Positions 34,690 to 47,350 of a stretch of DNA of 64,000 nucleotides are shown piece after piece. Positions within the stretch are counted from its first letter, which is position 1; each line of letters starts with the position of its first letter. The translations under genes were made by a program, and so were the position numbers. The stretch comes from Asterias rubens (Eukaryota): assembly GCF_902459465.1 (NCBI RefSeq), contig NC_047063.1:14012001-14076000 (forward strand), in the 5' to 3' direction. The notes below the pieces were generated by a model, which did no database searches, was not told the DNA's origin, and was given only the letters and a program-made list of their open reading frames with translations.

Positions 34690-36715
34690 CTGACAGTTCG
34701 CATGGCCGGCAGAGGAGAGCCAGGAGAGAGTCATGATGACTTTTCTTGCAACTATTTTCTCCGAAGTGATGACTATATTTTGTGTATTCCAGTTTACTGA
34801 AAGAGTTGTACAGTCTTTACGAAAGTAAAGAAACATCATCTGAAAAGTTGTCTCTGTATGTGTAAAAGCGCTTAGTTTCTCTATTGTCTTAGAAAATACA
34901 ACCTTTGGTGCTTGGCGAGCAGTTTGTTTTCTTCTTTGAGTTGTCTTTATGTTTTTCCTTTATTATTAGTGAAAGCTCGCTCAACACGCACAGAGCATTG
35001 TTCTCATTGCTGGAGCTAGGCGTCTGCATGCTAACCCCCAACACTTGACTCAATGAAAGTTTCATGTTTAGTTCACAATCATTACCCAAATATCAGTACT
35101 AACCGAAACAGTTTTCGATGGTTAATGAAATTATACTGCAGAAAAAAATATAAACACATAAAGTAGAAATGAAAATTCAAATAAAGAAAATGGCTTTGTT
35201 TTATTGAAATTTGAGGGTGGGGGCCGATGTTGATGTTTTCTTGTTTTGCAAATGGTCACTTATTATCGATCAACTTTCTAATTTTCTGAGTGTCCAAAAC
35301 CTCAAATTTTAAATGTTGTTCATGCCTCATTAGTCTTCTTTTCTTTGTCTAACCTTTTTGTCTAATTTGTTTAATATAATTTACACCATGTTAAATTAAC
35401 AATTGGAAAAATTTCATTTTATTGGCATCGAAGAATATTGTTTTAAATTAAAAAAATTTACTTTTGTTATTTCTTTTTTGGCTGAGAGCTTCAAAGCTAT
35501 GGATAGATTTAAACGGAAAGCAACAGCTGCTCGTCACTTTAGTTGATGTGTATGCGGTTTTTTGTTTATTCTTCCCAAATTGTAGTAGTTGTCGTTTTGT
35601 AACTAGGAACTATGAACTTATGCCACAGCATATTTGTATCAAGTAAAACTGAATAAACAAAGCAACAAATTCCCAACAATTGTCAACAAGGAATAATTTA
35701 ATGATCCGTGTCAAAATTCACAAGGCTTTTAAACAAAAGAGCTTGCTTAGCACAAACAAATCTTGCTTAGCAGAAAGTTATCAGACAACCAAAATTCTAT
35801 GAAGTGATGCAACTGGTAGCCGGGAATTTGTTTGCTTAGCAACAAAACATAAGCAGCATTAGTCTGCTTAACACCCATATTAGATTGGGCCCTGTTAAGT
35901 GGACAGTGCATGCCAACATATATTTGCTAGTATCCAATTTCCGCAAAGTATAATTGCTAAGCAAAATTGAGTGATGGGCGGTTTAAACAATTTCAAAAAG
36001 CTAATAAGCAGAAAACAAAACGAAACCGGTAAGTGAGTATTACCCTGTCAATTACTCGGCAGGATTTGTCTGTACCGGTAATTGGGAACTTATTGTGCTA
36101 AGCCCATTTCAGAAATGATGCCCAGTTTATGACAACACAAACCAACATCAGTAGAGGTAGCTAGATCCATGGGAGACAAGGCACACAAAAACACAATCAG
36201 TCAATAATATATTTTTATACTGCACTTTCAAATGCGGTTTTAATCAACATTACTGTGGTGTAGAATGATGACATGGTGGCCATCTTTTTTCATCTGCTAC
36301 TTTTGCCAAATATCTTACGTAAATCTTACTTTATACTAGTATAGACAAAATAATTCACAAGCTCTTGTGATGTTTTTGCCAAAAATTTTAATATCACACA
36401 AAAAAATTCTTTTGAGCAGAATGTGTTTTTCTCAAAGAGATTGACAGATTGGGACTTGTAACTCCCAAGTGAATAAATCTGTGTCACATGTTTATTCATG
36501 CAAATGAGTTCTACTTAATAAATGAGAGGTTAAATGCAATAATGGGGAATACTAGTGCAGTGTGCACCCTAGTTTTATTATCATACATTGTGTACAATGC
36601 AACTATCCGACATGGGACCGATTTTTTTTAGCTGTCTGGTATAACAATTTGATGGACTTTGGAGGAGGCTTTCCCCGACATGGGTACAACAATGGGTAAA
36701 TTTCTCATGGGAGCA

Positions 36716-36875
36716 GTGTTGCAGTGTTGTCTCAGAAAAGACGCTTATAGTCTTGACGCTTTGATCAGTGTACTCTGCTTGTTTTAAGGAGGAAACAAGC
36801 AGAGAACACTACACTGTTCGAAGCGTCAAGACTGTACCAACAACTTTTCTCCGAGCCAACACTTCTCCAAAGAGA
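36716..36875. mobile_element. Penelope-like remnant in inverted (hairpin) configuration
   Basis: agtcttgacgctt..ctctgcttgttt / aaacaagcagag..aagcgtcaagact inverted pair. Family assignment is inferred. Confidence 0.45.
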
Positions 36876-37062
36876 TTTAAACATGGAGGAACCTGCTTAA
36901 ACTAGTTATGTCTTATTATTTACACTGTGCAAAGCTTTAATCATCACTGATAGGCAAAAAAAACCTGCTACAGTGGGATCGAGGTATACCGTAACCTCTC
37001 AATACATCTGTAATCAAATCCTAATAGAATTGTGACGGATGGCAATTATTTTTTGATAAAGT

Positions 37063-37436
37063 TTAAGGTCCGAGTAGTTTTTGTAGGACAAAAAAACACT
37101 TTGTCAACAGATTTACTTTAAACTTACACGGTTTGAAGCTAATGATGATAGAAAGCTTCCCTAAAAAAAATTACTTGCTGAGGTGCTGCAGTTTTTGGAG
37201 AAATGAATAAATGAATAAATTAAGTCACGAAAATAATTTTCATCTCAGTTAGATGACAAATATTTCAGCGTGTAAAATGCTATTTCGTGACTTGTTTTAC
37301 TCATTTCTCAAACACAGCACTTCATCAAGTAAAATTTTAAGGTAAGCTTTCTACTACCATCTTCAAATGGTGTAAGTTTAATGTAAATATTTGGACTATG
37401 TGTTTTGTGTTACAAAAAGTACCAAAATCCTTTTAA
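37063..37436. mobile_element. Degenerate TTAA-flanked MITE
   Basis: TTAA both ends, imperfect TIR (tttttgtaggacaaaa / ttttgtgttacaaaaa). Confidence 0.55.
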
Positions 37437-40400
37437 ACAGCTCTATGAATGACCACATCAGTGTCGTTTGCTTTTTTAACTTCACCACTGAGTTCATTCA
37501 AGCTTCCTTTGGTAACTTTACTCAATTTACATACAACTTTTCAGGATACATTTCAACTTTTACATCAAAGCAATTATTGGGACCAAAGAAAACCCACAGT
37601 ATTTTACAGATGAAATGGAACATTGTGTATGTATGCATTTTTTACTCAACAAGAAATGCAAGTGTCCAGTTTGTGATTGGTAAACTCCGTGACATTTTTT
37701 AAGACTATCATATAAATTATAACCTTTTGGCTTGTAGTATTTCTCATTGAACAGTGATCTGGTGACCAAATGCTAGTCAGAACACCGCAAGACCAGCCAA
37801 TAATTCTCTCCCAGTGATCCGGTTAGTCAAATCAGTGTTAAAAAGTATCCATTATTTGAAGTGAAATATGGACTTTGGAAATAGCTGGCAGATAAGTTCA
37901 ACACCAAGCTAACATGCTCCTGCTGGCTTGTCGCTGAAAAAGTAAGGGGCAAACCCTGGTGTGCTCGCTTGGCAAACTAGTGTGCTTACAACTCTCTATT
38001 GAAACTGGGTCACGTTGAACTCGTCTTCGTTACCTGACAATCTTTTTTTAGTCAAGCCTGGCCAAATTCTCACCAGGCATCTACATGTACAGCACACAAA
38101 TTTGCAAAGCACAGAAACATTCTGGTTAGCAGGAACTAGCCAAATTGTTAACATGAACTGTACAATGATAGTACAGTAGTGACTGGTTCTCACACACATT
38201 TTTGCTTAGCAAATATTATTAATCAGTAAATGTTGTCTTTGCTTGGAACATTCCATGTCACAATTTGACCTATATATGTTTAAGACATAATTCTTACTCT
38301 TTATGTTGTTTATTTATTTATCATTTTTATTTTGGGGAGGGGGTTAACTAATTTTGCATACGAATCTCGTACAACTGAATGTGACAAAAAAAACTTTTAC
38401 AGAATTTTAAACAAATAATCCATATTAAAATAATTAACTATTAATGATTTATACTAAGAGATATAAGAGATATTGTCACCAAGTGAAGCTTTAAATTAAT
38501 ATTAACAAAATCGCTAATGACAATTTGCTACCCTTTTTTCACCTGGATTAGTGCAACTCAAAAATTGTTTATGTACACACAACAAAGAAGCTTCATGGAG
38601 TAAGGTTGTGACTCGATTCATGTTTCATTCTCTTGCAAAATGGTTTTAAATGTATGTACATAACTGGCACCGCGAATTGAAAAAATGACAACAACTTTTA
38701 CAAGTCCCAAAACACATCACTTCTTTTCAGTGAGAGGATATGACCAATATACAATGTACAACGTAGTACTTTTGAAGACTTTTTAAACTCATTTGTATGT
38801 GTTAACTATTCAAGCTTTTATAAATATTATGTTCTAAATGAAGCAAGTCTTTGAGATGTTCTCTATAAAATAAGATGCAAGACTAATCGAGACTGCAGAA
38901 ACAGTAACTGCAGTGATTTCTATGTTTTTAAAAGCATTGAAATTAAGGTTAACACTATGTACATGATTGAACTGAGACAATTCCAAATTAATTTTGTAGT
39001 TGTTATTTATCCAGTAGTTTTTATATATAAATCATGGACAATGCATGTGAAGAATTGTCTTCTATTTGACAAATGTTATGAAAAAAAACCTTTTCATAAA
39101 ATGTGAGAGATCTTTAAGAACTTGACCTTCACTCAACTGAAAAGTGTGTTTATAGTTTTGCAATTTAAATTAGTGTCTTCTCACTGAGTGATGACTGCTG
39201 TCTGCAAAAAAAAAAAGGAAAAAAAGAGGGATGGGGGGGGGGGGACTTTTTTTGACCAAAACACTTTTTAGTCAGTCAAATTATCCAGAACAATGTAAAA
39301 CAATGTACACATGGTCATGACATTTTGTCATATTTTGCCCATATAACTTTTTCTTCTTGAGGTAGAGTCTTCTGCAAAGAAACAAAGTAAGCTTTAAAAC
39401 TATAAAAGGAAAAAAGGGCAAGTCAAAACTGAAAAATAAAACAAAGGAAATACAAAGAATCAACAATAAATAAAGAACTTAAAGAGAACCTTCACGAAAA
39501 GTTACAAGTGATCGTCAAACAAGTGGGACTTGCAGTAATGCCAAATATTGGTAAAAGTTCACAACATTATGTCATAGTTTCTCTTTAAAGTATAAGGTTG
39601 AAAAAAGTTTGGGACAAATTATTGCAACTTTATTTTGCCGTTTCGGATACCACATTGCACTACAAAATAATGTACATGTATTACTCAAGTTTGATATGCT
39701 TTGGGGGATTTGTCCAAAGTTTTAGATTTTTTTTTATCAACGTTCATTTGTTTTATTCTTTGGTTGTGAAGATGCAGCAGCAAAACTATTTACTTTTTTT
39801 CAAAGTGTTTCCAATTTCCCCGTTTTCTCTCTTCCTCCACCTAAAAACGTAAATTTCTTTGTTTTCTTCTTTACAAAAGTTGGTGTTGGAATTTAACTAG
39901 GATGATTTGCCAACTTTTTAATTAGGATTCGGATTCAGATTCAGATGCCTAAATAAGTGCTATCTTGTCATTTTCTGTTATCTTTCCTAAAGCAGTTTCG
40001 GTGGTAAACCTTTTCCATCTCCAAGTCTTCATGGAAACTAAGGAATAATGGACTTATAACGGTAACAGACAGGTACAAAAGTAGGGCACTTAGTGCTGCA
40101 TCAGTGTCACAAAATAAAGTGGGAAATTACCTTCCACTCTTTATCATTTAACACAATCTTGATGTCATGCACTTGTGCTTAAAAATGCAACTCCCATGTT
40201 TTAAGTAACTGCTGATCCACAGGATAAAAGAATGCAAAGATTACATTGAAAAGTGAAAATATCCCAAGGAGTGTTTTGAACTCTTAAGATATGCATTTTT
40301 GATTAGTTTGATCAAGACCAAAGTTTTTGCTTGTAGAGAGAAAAGTGAAGCTTTTTGATTTTGAGCAACATTGGCCTTATGTTGAGTTCTTAATGTTTAC

Positions 40401-40495
40401 CTTTCCCAATGCTTTCTAGGGTGGTAAGGTTAGCTACATTTTTTTTTATACAACTCTTGTACTGTACAAGTAACTTAAATGAAAATTGAGAGTGC

Positions 40496-40769
40496 TTAAA
40501 GCCATTACACTTTCGGTACTTTACTTTTTGAGAAAACATTACAAACAATATAAATTCTCGTCAGCGAGCATTACGGATTTGTTTTAAACACATGTCATGA
40601 CACGGCGAAACACGCGGAAACAAGAGTGGGTTTTCCCATTATTTTCTCCAGACTCCGATGACCGTTTGAGCCTAAATTTTCACAGGTTTGTTATTTTATA
40701 TATAAGTTGTGATACACGAAGTGTGGGACTTGGACAATACTGTTTACCGAAAGTGTATAATGGCTTTAA
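40496..40769. mobile_element. TTAA MITE family B, internally deleted copy, ~300 nt downstream of the KDM5 stop
   Basis: ttaaagccattacactttcgg..ccgaaagtgtataatggctttaa. Homologous to 6114-6488. Confidence 0.85.
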
Positions 40770-41073
40770 CAAGAAACCTGGAGCCATAGAACCACATCAC
40801 GTTTGTACACTGTTCCTATCACGCCAGCGTAAATCAATGTAAATGAAAGTGAGGCAGGAAGGTCATCAGTCTGGCCCCCCTCTATGAGTAACGAAAATCT
40901 GTATTCATTATTACGTATAGTGTACAGGGTACTAGACACAGGTGACTGCAGCATGATAATTGTGACATACTCCTTGGAAAAAACAGAGCAGAGATCTGAG
41001 CTGCGCTATCTACTAACTTCTTAGGGTTGGTTTTTTTTTTTCAAAATTAATCCCAGCACTGTAATTGGTGCAA

Positions 41074-42245
41074 TCATGAAACGGCCAATTCACTTGCATC
41101 ACCTTCAACAGTTTCTTTTGTAGTGGTGTCTTCTACAGCAGGGGTATCTTCAGAGCTGTCTGACAATGCTTGGGTACAATTGGGCACCTCCTGGGTAACA
41201 CCTGGTTCCTCCCGGGTAACACAGGGTTCTTCATGAGTAACACAGGGTTCTTCATGAGTAACACAGGGTTCTTCATGAGTAACACTAGGTTCCTGCAAAG
41301 TAAGACTACGTTCCTCCAAAGTACCAGTAGGTGCTGACGTGTCTGAAGGTACGGGTAGAGTGGGTTCTGCATGGGTAACACTGGGCTCTGCTAATGATGT
41401 ACTGGGTTCTACGGGTGGTGAGGGAAGTAGGGGAGTGGGCTCCAACTGGGATTCCATAGGCTCTAGTGAGGTCGTAATGGGTTTTTCTTGTAATGTTTCC
41501 AGTTCAGGAGATAATGCTCGTGGTGGTGTCGGCGATTTCTCAACAAGTGTTTCACTGTTGTGCTCCAATGGCGTTGGTTCACTGTTATGCTCCAGTGGTG
41601 TTAGTTCCGATGTCTTAGCTTCTAAAGTTCTGTCTACAGGTGACTTCACCTCAGGCTCCTGTATATCCATAGCTTCTTCCTGGGCTGGTTCTGGAGAATT
41701 AGCCACAGGGGTCGACACAACAGAGATTATTTCTTCAGACGTGTCCATCGGAGCCACTGCCTCCCGTACGACTTCACTTTCCACCGCTTGCTCGGCAGCT
41801 GGTACACCTCCGTCACTCGCTGCAATAGTCGAGGTCGGAGTGGCTTCCCGAGTTAAATCCATACTAAGATCCGTTTCCATCGTTGTAATTTCTGGCTGCT
41901 CTTTGGTAGAAGGAGTGGGTTCATTTGGGTGACACGACTCGTCAAAATTAACCTTCTGACTCTCGTTCTCAACTGGATTCAAATTGTCCATACTTTGAAG
42001 ATTCATATCTGGTACCTCGTCTTCTAATGGTAGTGGAGACTGCTCGAAGATCATGTCATTGGGTTCCGTCTTAATCTGGATATCATGTGGTGTCGACGGT
42101 GGGGTAGGCGTTGCGGCACCACTGCTCCTCCGTACCTCGGCTCTCTGGGCTGCATGACGAGCCTTGGCTGCAGCAGACTGACGCTGTCTTTTGATGCAGG
42201 GACGGCAGATGAACTCCTCATCGTCACCTGGTTCTTGGGTCATGC
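41074..42245 (-). CDS. KDM5: KDM5 terminal exon: end of PHD3 (GMTQEPGDDEEFICRPC) plus ~370-aa acidic/Pro/Thr-rich tail, TGA stop
   Basis: tAG acceptor with phase 1 completes PHD3 (C..C). Frame open to TGA 41076-41074. The 25 exons total 5940 nt, divisible by 3. Confidence 0.9.
41185..41300 (-). repeat. Coding 21-bp tandem repeat (EEPCVTH-like, ~5 units) in the KDM5 tail
   Basis: gggttcttcatgagtaacaca units read directly. Confidence 0.9.
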
Positions 42246-42614
42246 CTAGTTCAAAGAAAAATGTGGATTGTTCAGAATGGCATCATTTATTAATGAATAA
42301 AGCCGTCTGGAAATTTAGCTCCAACTACAATTGTCAAAAGATTACCTCATTCAAACAGCTATGTACTTCACATAAATTTCATCATAAAAAAAAAAATTCA
42401 ACCTAAAATATCTTATAACTCTAACAAGACCAGTTAACGCCGGGAATGCTTCATTCTGCTAAACAACTTTATGAAATCGGCCCCAGAACTTCCGTCTGGT
42501 ATTTCTACCCCAGTGAGTGTGGTGCATCCAACATTGTCACAATTTTCACCCATGGTAAGGAGCTCTGACAAACCCTCAACTTTTACTTCATAAACCTAGG
42601 TCTTGTACACTTAC

Positions 42615-42788
42615 CAATGCACAGGAGATGGTACCACTTCTGGCACTTGTCACATTGCACCCAGCTGATGTCATCTCCAGTGGGTTGCAGGCAGTGTTTG
42701 GCTGAGCACTGTTCGTCATCTTCGTCACCGTCTACGTTGACAAACATCTCGCCCGACTCTGGTTTGTTCAACTTGTCCTCCTCTTTCA
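42615..42788 (-). CDS. KDM5: KDM5 PHD3 exon (VKEEDK...EQCSAKHCLQPTGDDISWVQCDKCQKWYHLLCI)
   Basis: PHD3 with both aromatic-cage Trp (SWVQCD, KWYH). tAG/GTAAG, phase 1-1. Confidence 0.94.
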
Positions 42789-43265
42789 CTACATCGAGAA
42801 AAAAAAAAAAAGAGGAAAAACCCCCGCGGGGAAAACATTTAATAACATATTTCCATCAGAGGAATATTTTTTTGGAAAGTGTTGAATTTCATGGAGTAAA
42901 GTTTTGAGAAACAAGCCGCCAAATGTTTTCTTAATTTTGCTAACTTTGAACCAAAACAGGGAATCAAGCCTTTGAAGTTCTCTCACTGCCTCAAGCCCAT
43001 AATCATTTGTCTTTATCGGCTTTGAAATGCAGCAAGTAGAGTTTAATCTATTCCAATGGCGATGCCTTTCTCCTAGGGTCAACAAAAGAAGGCACACTAG
43101 TAATTACATTTTCTCAAAGACAGTTTGTTGAATTTGAGGGCTCGCATGATAGATGCAGATATTAGTCAAGTCTCAAGTCAAGGTACACAATGCAATGACA
43201 CGTTCAAATACAGAACATGGTGTAGGTGTAGGACTTAAAACTAATTTCATAAAACAGTTCCTTAC

Positions 43266-43551
43266 CCTTCTTCTTCTTCGGCTTCTTAATATGCTCTTCC
43301 TTCATCTTGTTCTCCTTGCCTTCCTTCTTGATCTTGTCGACAACCTCCTTCTTGACGATTCGATCTTTCTCCTTGTTCTTCTTCTTCTTCATTCTCTTCT
43401 CCAACCTGTGGGCCTCGTCAAGCATGCTTGGGCGGAAAGCGCCCTCCTCCACGCCCTCGTTCTCCCGTTTGCGTTTCAGTTTCTTCTTCTCCTTGTCCAG
43501 TGGTTTGGGCCTCGCCAGAATCTTCTCAGTGATTGTTTCCTCCTTTAATTG
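43266..43551 (-). CDS. KDM5: KDM5 Lys/Glu-rich exon (QLKEETITEK...KKPKKKK)
   Basis: Open basic region before PHD3. tAG/GTAAG, phase 0-1. Confidence 0.87.
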
Positions 43552-43840
43552 CTAGAAAAAAAGAAAAAAAAACTATTTGTTTTAGATCCCCGTTCCTAAC
43601 TGTGCAATCTTTTTCAAATGACCAAAATGATGCTTTTGTTCACTACCTTCAAGGTTTAAATGAACTCACTGACTTTTGATTTAGTAAAAAAAAAAAAAAA
43701 AAAATATATCTTTTACCTTTGATTTTTTTAACCTTTCCAATGCCTTCATCCAAATAAATGCAGATGTATATGTTAAAATTAACCTGTGAAAATTTCATTT
43801 CAAAAGGTGTTAGCAATTTTGAGATATTGCGAAAAATCTA

Positions 43841-44112
43841 CAGGAAGAATAATTCTTCCATGCAGGAAGAATAATTCTTCCATGCAGGAAGAATAATTCT
43901 TCCATGCAGGAAGAATAATTCTTCCATGCCGGAAGAATAATTCTTCCATGCAGGAAGAATAATTCTTCCATGCAGGAAGAATAATTCTTCCATGCAGGAA
44001 GAATAATTCTTCCATGCAGGAAGAATAATTCTTCCATGCAGGAAGAATAATTCTTCCATGCAGGAAGAATAATTCTTCCATGCAGGAAGAATAATTCTTC
44101 CATGCAGGAAGA
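43841..44112. repeat. 22-bp near-perfect minisatellite (ggaagaataattcttccatgca)x12
   Basis: 12 units with one variant. Explains the MEELFFLHGRIILPAWKNYSSC ORFs. Confidence 0.98.
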
Positions 44113-44368
44113 AACCTGAGAAACTTGACTGTCCGTTACTCTTCTCAGATTCAAATTTTGGGGCATAACAACTTTTATCTCTTTACATAACCACATTACT
44201 TTGAAGTGAAAAGTTTCTCATAATGCTTTATAATAAAAAAAGATGTTACGAGTGATTACCAAACGTATACCCAAACGTACACCTTCCCTTTAAAAGCATA
44301 GCACCTATGATTCTGACAATTTCACATTTCTTTTACAAATTTAAATGCCACTCAAACCAAATATCTAC

Positions 44369-45619
44369 CTGTACAAAGTGTTCCATGAAGCGTTCCTCGC
44401 GTACTGGTTGACACGCCTGTAGGATGCGCCATATGTGCTGTGTCTCATCAAGAGAAACCTCCAACAAGTCACCCTCCATCATAAGATCTTCTAGCTGAGC
44501 CTTCACCATGGCTGATAGCTCCAGTACTGGCGACTCCAAGGGTCTCGGAACATGGGGGGATTTCCGTGCGTGTTTACGTTGCGGAGCCGGTGCTGGTGGT
44601 GGTGGTTGCTGATCAGATTTTTGGACTGCACTGTAAGCATGCTCCGAATTGGAGGGGGCACTGTACGCATGCTCAGAGTCCCCTACCGGATCGCTGGAGG
44701 GGATGTCAGAGTCCGAGATATCAGGGGGAGGGTAGGTGTCTTCTTGCTCGATTGACGAGTCTAGAATCGTCTCCTCAAGACCTACCACTTGTGGGGAGAC
44801 CGTGTTTAAACCCTCATGTCCTTCAGTGTCCATGGCATAGGGAGTGGTGTTGTCAGCGGGGTTAAATGTGTCGTTCTCTACCGCTGGGTGGAGGTTCTGG
44901 GTAGCAACAGGTGGCATACCATGAAGGATGGAGGACGAATGGACGTCACGTTGATCAGTCACCGGCGAAACATTGCTATCTAGTGTACCCTGCAAGATGC
45001 CGTGCATATGCTCTTGCTGATCAAGATTGGGGGTAGGTTTCTTAAGCTCTGCCGTGGTGTTCTGCTCTTCTTTTTCCTTAGCAGCTTGCTCTACGATGCG
45101 TTGACTCAGCACAGAGAGTTTTGCTAATGCAGAAGCTAATTCCTCTGTGGCTAGGGCCTGGCGAGCACGATCCTGCCAGCTCATACCACGCTCCGTTAAG
45201 CACTGCAGAGCCTCTCCCTCGGGTAGCCGTACGGGTAGTTTCTGAAGGGACACCAGCAGCGACAAGATGGTCTCCAAGCGAGGGCGGCGCGATCGCAAAC
45301 ACATTGGGCACAGGAACTTCATGTCACGCACCTGCGGCTGTTGCTGTTGCTGCACGGTCGCCGAGGATGCACTGCCACCCACCGCTGCAAGGAACTTGCT
45401 CTTGCTGGCACTTGGCTTGGGCAGGGGCACGCAGGTGCTGTGGAACCAATCCTTGCAGAGTTCACACTGGAGCATGAAGCCGCCGACGCCTTTGCGGCAG
45501 ACGCAGTATTTGCCCTGCTCCGCTCCTTCCTCCTCCATTTGCTGCTTCCGGCGGTTCTTGTCTCTCAGAAGACGCATCAAGTCAATCTCCCTTGCCTCGT
45601 TATCTTTGTATGCTGCCAC
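44369..45619 (-). CDS. KDM5: KDM5 large exon: PHD2, RSRRPRLETILSLLVSLQKLPVRLPEGEALQCLTER block, acidic insert, LMMEGDLLEVSLDE block
   Basis: 417 open codons with PHD2 (CVC...CELCKDWFH.TC...CPMC). cAG/GTAGA. Confidence 0.97.
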
Positions 45620-45845
45620 CTGAATTTTAAAAACATTTTTTAGTAAAAATCAATATTCGCCTTTAAAAGCCTCTTTTAAATTAAGTATATTATTTACTTA
45701 TATCACTACTCCATTATTATAACATAATCAAAATTAGTGTAACCAAATCTGTTGATCATTCAGCCTTCTCTGATTTTGTAAAAGTCAACACTGACATTTC
45801 CAGACACAAAATATATCTTAGATTCACTAGAGAAAATGCACTCAC

Positions 45846-45992
45846 AAATACTGCAGGATCCCTGGTCTCATTTGGGTCGACATCAACTGCATATTCCTTT
45901 TCTATCTCACGTAATCTCTCCAGATCTTTCTGTTTCTTTCTGCGTGCTTTGCTGGACTGGTAGATACCAATATCCCTTCTTGATGAAAGGAC
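45846..45992 (-). CDS. KDM5: KDM5 exon (VLSSRRDIGIYQSSKARRKKQKDLE...NETRDPAVF)
   Basis: Matches KDM5A VLSPR.DIG.Y...K.RRKK and ETRD. tAG/GTGAG. Not in the ORF track. Confidence 0.9.
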
Positions 45993-46597
45993 CTAAAGGG
46001 AAAATTAAAAAAACAATCTTAAATGACGTGTCGTGGCCGAGCATGATAAGAGAGTTTGGGTTTGAGTTCTGGTCGTGATACTTGTGTCCTCAAGCAAGAT
46101 ACTTAACCAATATTTCTGCGTCCTTCAGATGGGACATAAAGCTATAGGTCCCATATGTTGTGTAACCATGTTTTTGTTTTGTTTTCTTTTGTTCGTCTTT
46201 CTTCTATGATTGCCTTGCCACTTGGTTGACGATTTTTTACATATGTAAGGTTAGCTGGTTAGGGGCAGCTGTCTCTGGATTGGATTGGTCTCAAAGGGAA
46301 ACCACTCTGCCTTCTAAACTCCTTTTGCCTTCTTTTACCACTATTTAACATGTATAATATTTATGAAAAGTAGCAAGATTTCGACCAAGGACAAAGCCTG
46401 ACCTACATGAACACATGGTGCAGGTTTTAACATACTTTTCAGGGTATTTGATCAAAATTTTTTGGATTATTCCATGGACAAAATAAACGGAAATCCGATA
46501 AAAGTAGGAAGAATACCATGTCTATGAACTTGTGCCACAACATATTTTTGTTCATGTTGAATCCATGCCCTATGGAATATTAAGTCATGTCCCCTAC

Positions 46598-46777
46598 CTC
46601 CACTAGAGAGTATGGCGAGTTCTTTTTGAGGAATGTCCGAGCTGTCCTTTCCCTCCAGGCCCGGGCGGCAGACACCTGAGACTCTACCTGGGGTAACTGC
46701 TCCAGACGCACTGGTACTGGGCGTCCGCTCATCACCATGCTCTCCAGTACATCCAGGTAGGGAAAGTGCTCACCGTT
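46598..46777 (-). CDS. KDM5: KDM5 exon ([12 protein letters not shown]...[36 protein letters not shown]...)
   Basis: Highly conserved with KDM5A. AG/GTAGG, phase 0-0. Confidence 0.96.
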
Positions 46778-46909
46778 CTTCAAGGGAATATGTAAATATA
46801 ATAGATGTTTAATTTGCATCAGGCAAAAAGAATATAATTGTTTGTTTTTTTTACCCATACACCAATGTGTGATACACCAATGTGTCATAGCACTGTATAC
46901 TCAGGAAGA

Positions 46910-47278
46910 GTACTGGACATTATTGCTATTGCTAATTGTCAAAGACCAGTCCTCTCATTTGGTGTATCTAAACATATGCATAAAGTAACAAACCTGTGAA
47001 GATTTTAACTCAATTGGTCGTCAAAGTTGCGAGACAATAATGAAAGAAAAAACACCCTTGTCACACGAAGTTGTGTGCTTTCAGATGCTTGATTTCGAGA
47101 CCTCAAAATCTAATTCTAACGTCTCAAAATCAAATTTGTGGAAAGACTACATTACTTTAGAGGGAGCCGTTTCTCACAATGTTTTATACTATCAACAGCT
47201 CCCCATTACTCGTTACCAAGTAAGGTTTTATGCTAATAATTATTTTGAATAATTACTAATACTGTCCACTGCCTTTAA
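46910..47278. mobile_element. TTAA MITE family A, copy 5
   Basis: Family sequence, right TIR ends in TTAA. Confidence 0.8.
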
Positions 47279-47350
47279 TTGAGCAACATACTGCCTTTAA
47301 TTGAGCATAACATACATGAAATGCAAGCCTATTGAACGCAACCAGCTTAC

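Noticed and set aside
41339-41932. 197-aa plus-strand ORF and other antisense ORFs over KDM5 exons (43153-43555, 44552-45643)
   Set aside because: Antisense shadows of low-complexity coding exons.
43800-44196. MEELFFLHGRIILPAWKNYSSC repeat ORFs / CRISPR-like palindromic repeat
   Set aside because: 22-bp head-to-tail units without spacers.
45330-45355. Gln run (QQQQQPQ) in the KDM5 PHD2 loop as a disease-like polyQ
   Set aside because: Only five Gln with mixed CAG/CAA codons; unremarkable.
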